64,000 nucleotides of DNA from Paramecium tetraurelia. Lineage: Eukaryota. Position numbers and translations under genes: made by a program. Of the stretch, positions 56,503 to 64,000 are shown one piece after another. Every line of letters starts with the position of its first letter. Position 1 is the first letter of the stretch. The stretch covers positions 248,001-312,000 of the forward strand of contig CT868130.1 in the NCBI GenBank assembly GCA_000165425.1. Direction: 5' to 3'. Below the pieces are notes generated by a model. The model was not told the DNA's origin. It saw only the letters and a list, made by a program, of their open reading frames with translations, and did no database searches.

Positions 56503-59500
56503 ATGGATAGTGACAATAATAAACGTTTCAATTTTGATCACCTTTCTCAAAGATAGCTTAAGAATAGACTCTACAAAAACATCAATCGATATGATCCTAC
56601 CGAACGAAAACTTACTTAACCACTCTCGAATGCATCAAACCCATATTTGATACCCAAAATTTCAAAATAGAGATTAGAACCAATTATATCACCTCAAGTC
56701 AATTTGGGTGTGACCATTTAATAAGGTAGAATTCTGCTTGATCAATCTGCATATCAATCTGGCAAAAGTATTTGTTGTCATTACTAACTCAAGACATTAG
56801 AAATGATACTTCTTTTGCCTATGATCACTCTAAAAAACCTAAGAACTTATCGCCCTTGGAACAAAGACTCTAAAGTGATTATGGAATGAGCATGTTGGAC
56901 GATGCATAAAACCCAAATTCATCAGTCAATGATTCTATCATAAATCTATTTCAATTCCCTGAGAGAAAGAAAGACACATCTATATTAAAAAAAGAATTAA
57001 AAAAATAAAAGAAGAAATAGCTACAGTAATCCTACTTGTCTCCTATGGATTTCATTTACCTCATTAAAACAGATCCTGAAATGGCTAATCAATTTTGTTA
57101 TTTGAATAAAAGAGATCATGCCTATGATTATGAAATCGTAGAGTTTGAGGATCGAAATGATAAAGAGTACATGACGATAAGTGCAAGAGGCATTACATAT
57201 TATCAAAACGAGGAGACTACTTTCCTAACCATTGAAGAATGGTAAAGAGAGGCCAATCTTCTTTTAAGACCTACAGGAAAATCGACTTTTTCAGAAAATA
57301 CAAGTTGTGGAAAAACTTCTTCTTATGGAAAAGACTCATGAGGAAGAAAATTTTAGCTAAAAATCAAGAATTGATGGGTTCCAATATGTTTTCAACAGAT
57401 AAACAATTAAGAATCACTTTGTTAGAAGTCAAAAGAATCTGTCAATAAATGGCATCTGACATCAGATTTCTAGATACCTCCACTGCAATCCCTTAAAATC
57501 TTGACAATTTCAAGATTATACAAGATAAACACCTTATGTCCAAAATGGACAAATAATTTGACACTTATGAAAAACAGATTTAATCAGTCATAATTGAATG
57601 TTGCCAAAAATCCTTAATAAATTACAAGGAAACCCACCGCATCTCATTATAAGAGGATGATAATGAGGAAAGAGCCCCTCTATTAGTAGGGGATGAGTCT
57701 GGGAAAGAGATGCCGTTTACAACTGAAGCTACTATCAGAACTCATTATAAAAGATTAAAAAAATTTGTTAAATATCTTGATTATGTTATTATGGATGCCA
57801 AATTACAAATGATGCAAAATTCAGTAGAACATATTGTCAAATAGATCAGAGACTTTAATGAATAATATCGACAGAATTTGGGAGGTAAAAGGAAAGGTTA
57901 TTATGGAAAGGGTTAACCATAGTGTTGGATAATTGTTGAAGCAGTTGGTAAAGGAGACAATATACTTTTTAATCCTTAAAGGGAATAACTTTTCAAATTG
58001 TTTGAAAATTTAGTCAGCAATAGTGTAATACGCATAACCAATAGACACAAGGAAATGTTGTCAATGCCAGATTTATAGTAATATTTACATGATGATGGGA
58101 ATCAATAATTGGAGAAGGTTGATGTTAAGTCAATCCTTAATGGAAGCGAAAACTTTCAGAACCTTTGTGGTTAAATGAGGAGAGAATTAGAGGTAGCATT
58201 TGATCATCTTGAATAGTATGCTAACAAATTGAAACCCTTTTTGTAATGGTATGTTGAGAACACTGGAGTTAACATTGAGAACTAGTTCACAGATAAGGAT
58301 GTGGATGAATATCGAAATGCCATTAATAGATACAAAAAGCAGGATCAACTATTTCAAGATATGGAACCTACTTAGGAGATTGGTGTGATTCTATTTGATA
58401 ATCACAAGTTAAAGGCAAAGATTAAATGCAGTGCTATGCATTGCATTGTAGAATTACAAAGGTTTATACCAGATTACATGTATAAGAAAGCTATACTGTT
58501 TACAAAGAAAACTGCTCAATTATATTCTACAATTGCCATATCTCCAATTACAGTTGAGTAATTTGTAAATTATATGGATGCTGTGAATGTAATTAATAAT
58601 TAATTCGAAGATTTGAGTAATACCTCATAAGAAGTCACCTCAATGGCTTTATTAATGGATGAATTGAAGATTAAGATCTAGGATGTGCATAAACAAAAAT
58701 TCGCTGAATGCATTTAATAGGTGAGTCAATTACGTAAAAAGGTAGATGATGCGATGGTAAATTATGATTAAAACTTAAATAAATTTAGAAAGGATATGGA
58801 AAGGATGATACCTTAGGTGGATAATACAGTCAAGGATTTAAATGAAAGAGTTTCAGAATAACCATTGAGTTCTTTGACTGCCGATCTAAATGATATGATT
58901 ACATTTGTGATTGGCATTAGAAAATAAGTGGACGAATTAAAGATTCATGCTTAGAAATTAAATGATTATTAAATTGCATTAAATCTGGAGTATACGCCCT
59001 TTGAAAAATTAGAAATATTTAATAATGAATTTACACTTCTGGAAAGATTGTGGTGTGGTAGAAATGAATGGGTTCAGAATTACTCTTTTTGGTTGAAATA
59101 ACATTACACTGAAATCGATTTAGATGAAATGAATAATGTAATGGAAAAACTATAGAAGACTGCTAATATGTGTGCCAAAGAATTAGACAAAAATGAAGTA
59201 GCAAGAGTTTTCAAGTCTGATATCGAAGCATTCAAAGGCGTGTATTAAGTACTTTAAGCATTAAAAGATCCAGCAATCTCAGATAAGCAATGGAATTAAA
59301 TCAGATCATTGATTCTTGAGAATTAACTAGTGTTCAAAGAACCCATTTTAGAACCATTCACTCCTTTGGATGATCCAAAGTATGATGTTTAATGGATTAC
59401 GAAGGTTGGCTTAGATTAAGTAAAAGACAAGTTGAGTGAAATTGCTTTGAGGGCAGCTAAGGAAATCGAATTAGTTAAAATGCTAGAATAAGTTGAATCA

Positions 59501-62500
59501 ATTTGGAGATAAGCAGTAATCACTGTTTAACCGTATAGGGAATCTAAGGATATCTTTATATTAGGAAATAATCAAGATTTGATTTCTAAAATTGATGACA
59601 CTCTTTTAACTGTTTATAATATTTTGGCTTCTCGATTTGTTGAAGGTATACGATCTGAAAGTAGAGAGGTAACAATCTTTGTTAAGATACTTTCAGGAAA
59701 TTGTTTGATGAATGGATGATTCATTAAAGAAACTGGCTTTATTTGGAACCTATTCTGAATTCCCCTTATAGTGCTAAGAATTTAGTTAAAGAGTCTAAAA
59801 TATTTCAATAAGCTGATGTATTGTGGAAGAAGTTAATGAGAACTGTTAGAGATAGTTGTCTAGCTAAAAGATGGGCAGATGATTATTTAAATAGATAATA
59901 TTTTAATTAATTAAGGTAAAATAATAATAATTTTGATGTTATTTAAAAGGCTTTGGATGAGTTTTTAGAGAAGAAAAGAGACGCTTTTTAAAGATTTTAT
60001 TTTTTATCTAATGATGAACTCTTAGATATATTGTCAAATGCAAAAAATGTTTAATCCATTTAGCCTTACTTGAGAAAGTGCTTTGAAAATTTGGTCAAGA
60101 TTTAATTTGATTAATCAGAAAATGCTATAGGAATGATATCTGCTGAAGGTGAGATTGCAGTGCTTAAGGGATATACAGCTAGAGGAGAGGTAGAAGATTG
60201 GTTTAAGGCTTTGGAGGATAAAATGAAGAGCTCACTAAATGGAGTAATGAGATAGTCTCTTATTAAATATCAATTAGAAGATACGTAGAGAAGGGATTGG
60301 GTATTTGAATTCCCCTTATAAATAATAATCACTATTGATTCCATATTTTGGACTAAAATTACTGAAGAGAATTATTTATAGGCAAATGCAGAGGGAGATT
60401 TGGATGACTGGTATGATGCTAATGTAACTATGCTTGATGAATTGACATAATTAATAAGAGGAAACTTGAATGAATTGTAAAGAAGAACTCTTTTGGCCTT
60501 GGTCACCTAGGATGTTCATTTTAGAGATATAGTTGATAACATGAGAAATGAATCTGTTGAAGGCATTTTGGATTTCAAGTGGCAACAATAGTTGAGATTC
60601 TATCATGATGAAGAAAGTGTACTAGGAAGATAAGCAAATGCAAAAATTATGTATGGTTATGAGTATTTGGGGTCTACAACAAGATTAATTATTACTCCCT
60701 TAACTGATAGATGTTGGATGACTATCACAGGAGCTTTTGGACTCAAATTAGGAGCAGCTCCATATGGACCATCTGCAACTGGAAAAACAGAATCATGTAA
60801 AGATTTAGCTAAAGCATTGGGTAGATATTGTATAGTGTTCAATTGTTCAGATTAGATTACAGCTAAATTGATAGAAAAACTATTTGCAGGATTGGCATAT
60901 TGTGGAGCTTGGGTTTGTTTAGACGAATTTAATAGAATCAATATTGAAGTATTATCAGTTATAGCATAGTAAGTTTAAACTATAAGAGAAGCTCTGTTAG
61001 AATATAAAATGAATTTTTATTTCTTTGGTAAAAATATATAATTGAATCCTGATTTGGGTATATTACTTACGAGGAATCCAGGCTATGATGGTAGAACAGA
61101 GTTACCTGATAATTTGAAAGTACTTTTTAGACCAGTAGCTATGATGGTTCCAGATTATAGGTTAATTTCAGAAATTATGTTGTTTGCTGAAGGATTTTCA
61201 AATTCCAAAGATTTATCAAGGAAGATGATTAAATTGTATCAATTAAGTTCAGAATAACTGAGTTAGTAAAATCACTATGATTTTGGTATGAGAGTAATCA
61301 AATCAATATTAGTTATGGCTGGATCATTAAAACGAGCAGATTTAAATATCAATGAAGATATTCTATTAGTTAAAGCGATGAGGGATAGCAATTTACCTAA
61401 ATTTTTATCTCATGATATACCTCTATTTAATGCTATATTGAATGATTTATTTCCAGGAATAACAATACCAGTGGATCAAAATGATGAATTAGAAACAACA
61501 ATAAAAAATGTTATAGAGCTTAACAATCTATAATAATAAGATACTTTCATAGAGAAGGTTTTATAGTTTCATGAAACCTTGAAAGTGAGATTTGGAGTTG
61601 TGTTGGTTGGAGTTACAATGGGTGGTAAATCTTAGGTTCAAAATGTTCTTAGGGAATCTTATGCTAGATTATATGAGCAACACTCATATGCAGAAGTTGA
61701 GAATCCAAAAATGTACTAGAAGGTTTAGCATTAAATCTTGAATCCGAAAGCTATAACTATAGAAGAATTATATGGTTAATTTGATATGATAACTTAATAA
61801 TGGACCGATGGTTTAGCATCTCATATAATTAGAGGATAAGCATCTTTAGAAACGGAAGATATGAAATGGGTTGTGTTTGATGGGCCTGTTGATGCCATAT
61901 GGGCTGAAAATTTGAATACAGTGTTAGATGACTCGATGACCTTGTGTTTAAGTAATGGAGAGAGAATCAAGCTGAATGCTTAGATGAGAATGATCTTCGA
62001 AGTTTTAGATTTAAATACTGCATCTCCTGCAACTATAAGTAGATGTGGTATAGTGTACATAGATGATTAGGTCTTAGGATATGAACCTATTGTATTAACT
62101 GAAGCAATGTCCCTTATTGACATTCTAACCAGTGATATAATAGATCATTTGTTAGTGTAAATTAAGGTTTCATTTAGTAAATCAATTAGTTAAGTAATTA
62201 AACATTGTAAATAATTAATCCCTGTTCATGAAACATAAATGGCAGTTGGATTAATTAAGATTATAAGAATGGTTATTCAATATTATAATCAACAATTAAA
62301 CTGCAATTTAAGAGATGAAATTTCAAAAAAACATTTAGAAAAGCTTTTCGTATGGGTATATGCGTGGTCGGTTGGTGCTACATTAGTATCTGATGATTAT
62401 TCAAAATTCGAGGGTATCGTAAATGATACTTTCTCAGTTGATATTTTACCTAGAGGATCTCTGTTGTCTTGCTTAGTTAAAATTACTAGAGTTGATGGAA

Positions 62501-64000
62501 TAGTTGAGATTCATTATACTTAATGGAGTGACAATGTTCCACAATTTCAATATGTGAAAGGTATGAGTTACTTTGACATGATTGTGGAAACTCCAGAAAC
62601 GGTGGCTTATGGTTGGTTTTTGGAATAAGCCATATCTACAAATTGTCCTATTTTTATAACTGGAGTGACTGGAACAGGTAAGACTATTATAATAAATTCT
62701 TCTATTCAAAATTTAAGGGATGGAGGATTGATCGCTTTGATGCAGATGACCTTCTCAGCCAAAACATCTAGTTAAACTACTTAGTTAAGCATCGAACAAA
62801 AATTGCAAGCTTATCGTAAGAAAGGTAGATCTATTCTCATGCCTCCTCCTGGAAAGAAATTTGTAGTATTTATTGATGATGTCAATATGCCATCATAAGA
62901 GTAATATGGAGCCTAGCCCCCCATTGAATTATTAAGATAGTTTATAGATTATAAAGGAGTTTATGATAGAAGAACATTTAATTGGAAGAATGTAGATGAC
63001 ACTATTCTAATTTGTGCCTGTGGTCCACCTGGAGGAGGTAGATCTCCTTTATCAATTAGATTCACTCGTCATTTTGTTTTGTTGGCTTTACCTAATTCCA
63101 GCGATGAAACCTTATCCTGTATATTTAGTAGAATTTTAAAGGCTTACTTTAAAAATAATTATTTTAAAAACGAGATCATTGATTTGGGTGATAACTATTC
63201 AATTGTAAATGCTACACTCTCCATGTACTAAGAAATATAGAAGACACTATTGCCTACGCCCGAAAAGTCCCATTATGTGTTCAATTTAAGGGATGTCAGC
63301 AAAATCATATAAGGGATACTGCAAGCTAAACCTTTGGTTTATCTAAAGTGTGATCAAATAATTAGATTGTGGGCACATGAGACATGTCGTGTTTTTATGG
63401 ATAGATTAATTAATTAGTAGGATTAAGATTGGTTTAAAGAGAACTTAGTTAAAAACATATTCTTATTTTTTAAGACTGAATACAAGGTCAATGAATTATT
63501 TGATTCATAACGACCTTTTATGTTTGCTGATTTTTAGAAAAAAGTAGAATTATAAGATCGCATTTATGAAGAAGTCAAAGATTACAATTAACTTGTCAAG
63601 GTTATCAATGAATATATGATTGGATAAACCAAACTGAATTTAGTACTCTTTAAGGATGCAATTCAAAATTTAACAAGAATTAACAGAGTGTTAAGATAAC
63701 AAAGAGGACATTATATGTTAGTAGGAGTTGGAGGTTCAGGTAAGAAATCCTTAATATAACTGGGAGCTGTATTAGCTGGATGTAAAGTTGAAACAATTGA
63801 ATGCAAGAGAAATTATGGAAAAAAAGAGTTTAAGGAATTTTTATTTAGGATGATGTGTGCTGTTGGAATCGATAATAAATAAATTGCTTTTGCTTTTACA
63901 GAAACATAAGTTCTTTAAGAAGGATTCTTAGAGGATATCAATAGTCTCCTCAATTCTGGTGAGGTACCAAACATGTTGAAGAAAGAAGATTTGGAGTTGA
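56503..64000 (+). CDS. Axonemal dynein heavy chain (single-headed inner-arm, DNAH6-like), 3'-truncated by the window
   Basis: [41 protein letters not shown]-loops GPSATGKT (AAA1), GVTMGGKS (AAA2), GVTGTGKT (AAA3), GVGGSGKK (AAA4), [20 protein letters not shown]. Apparent insertions at ~57255-57282 and ~59657-59700. Confidence 0.96.

Overview
AT-rich, gene-dense eukaryotic DNA from a Paramecium-type ciliate, most likely macronuclear. It uses genetic code 6 (TAA/TAG = Gln, TGA the only stop), has tiny GT..AG introns of about 20-30 nt, and intergenic spacers as short as 17-18 nt. The supplied ORF track used the standard code and therefore shows only fragments; all models below come from manual translation with code 6. 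About 30 protein-coding genes are present. Recognisable ones include Miro GTPase, old yellow enzyme, CEP104, Kv and CNBD-type K+ channels, an inactive M16/complex III core protein, two casein kinase 1 genes, a cyclin, NAC-alpha, NDUFS1, RPL13, a USP4/11/15-like DUB, NDUFA6, Wee1, NOP58 and the 5' part of an axonemal dynein heavy chain. The most unusual items are: (i) an intact, intronless gene with a C-terminal YqaJ/lambda-exonuclease (PD-(D/E)xK) domain inside an ultra-compact co-oriented four-gene run; (ii) a Pex14 N-terminal domain + LRR fusion; (iii) a phosphoserine aminotransferase homolog lacking its PLP lysine; (iv) a TFIIB-core-like protein with no zinc ribbon. Several conserved genes carry +1/+2 insertions that are probably assembly errors. 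No rRNA, tRNA, CRISPR or telomeric repeats were seen.
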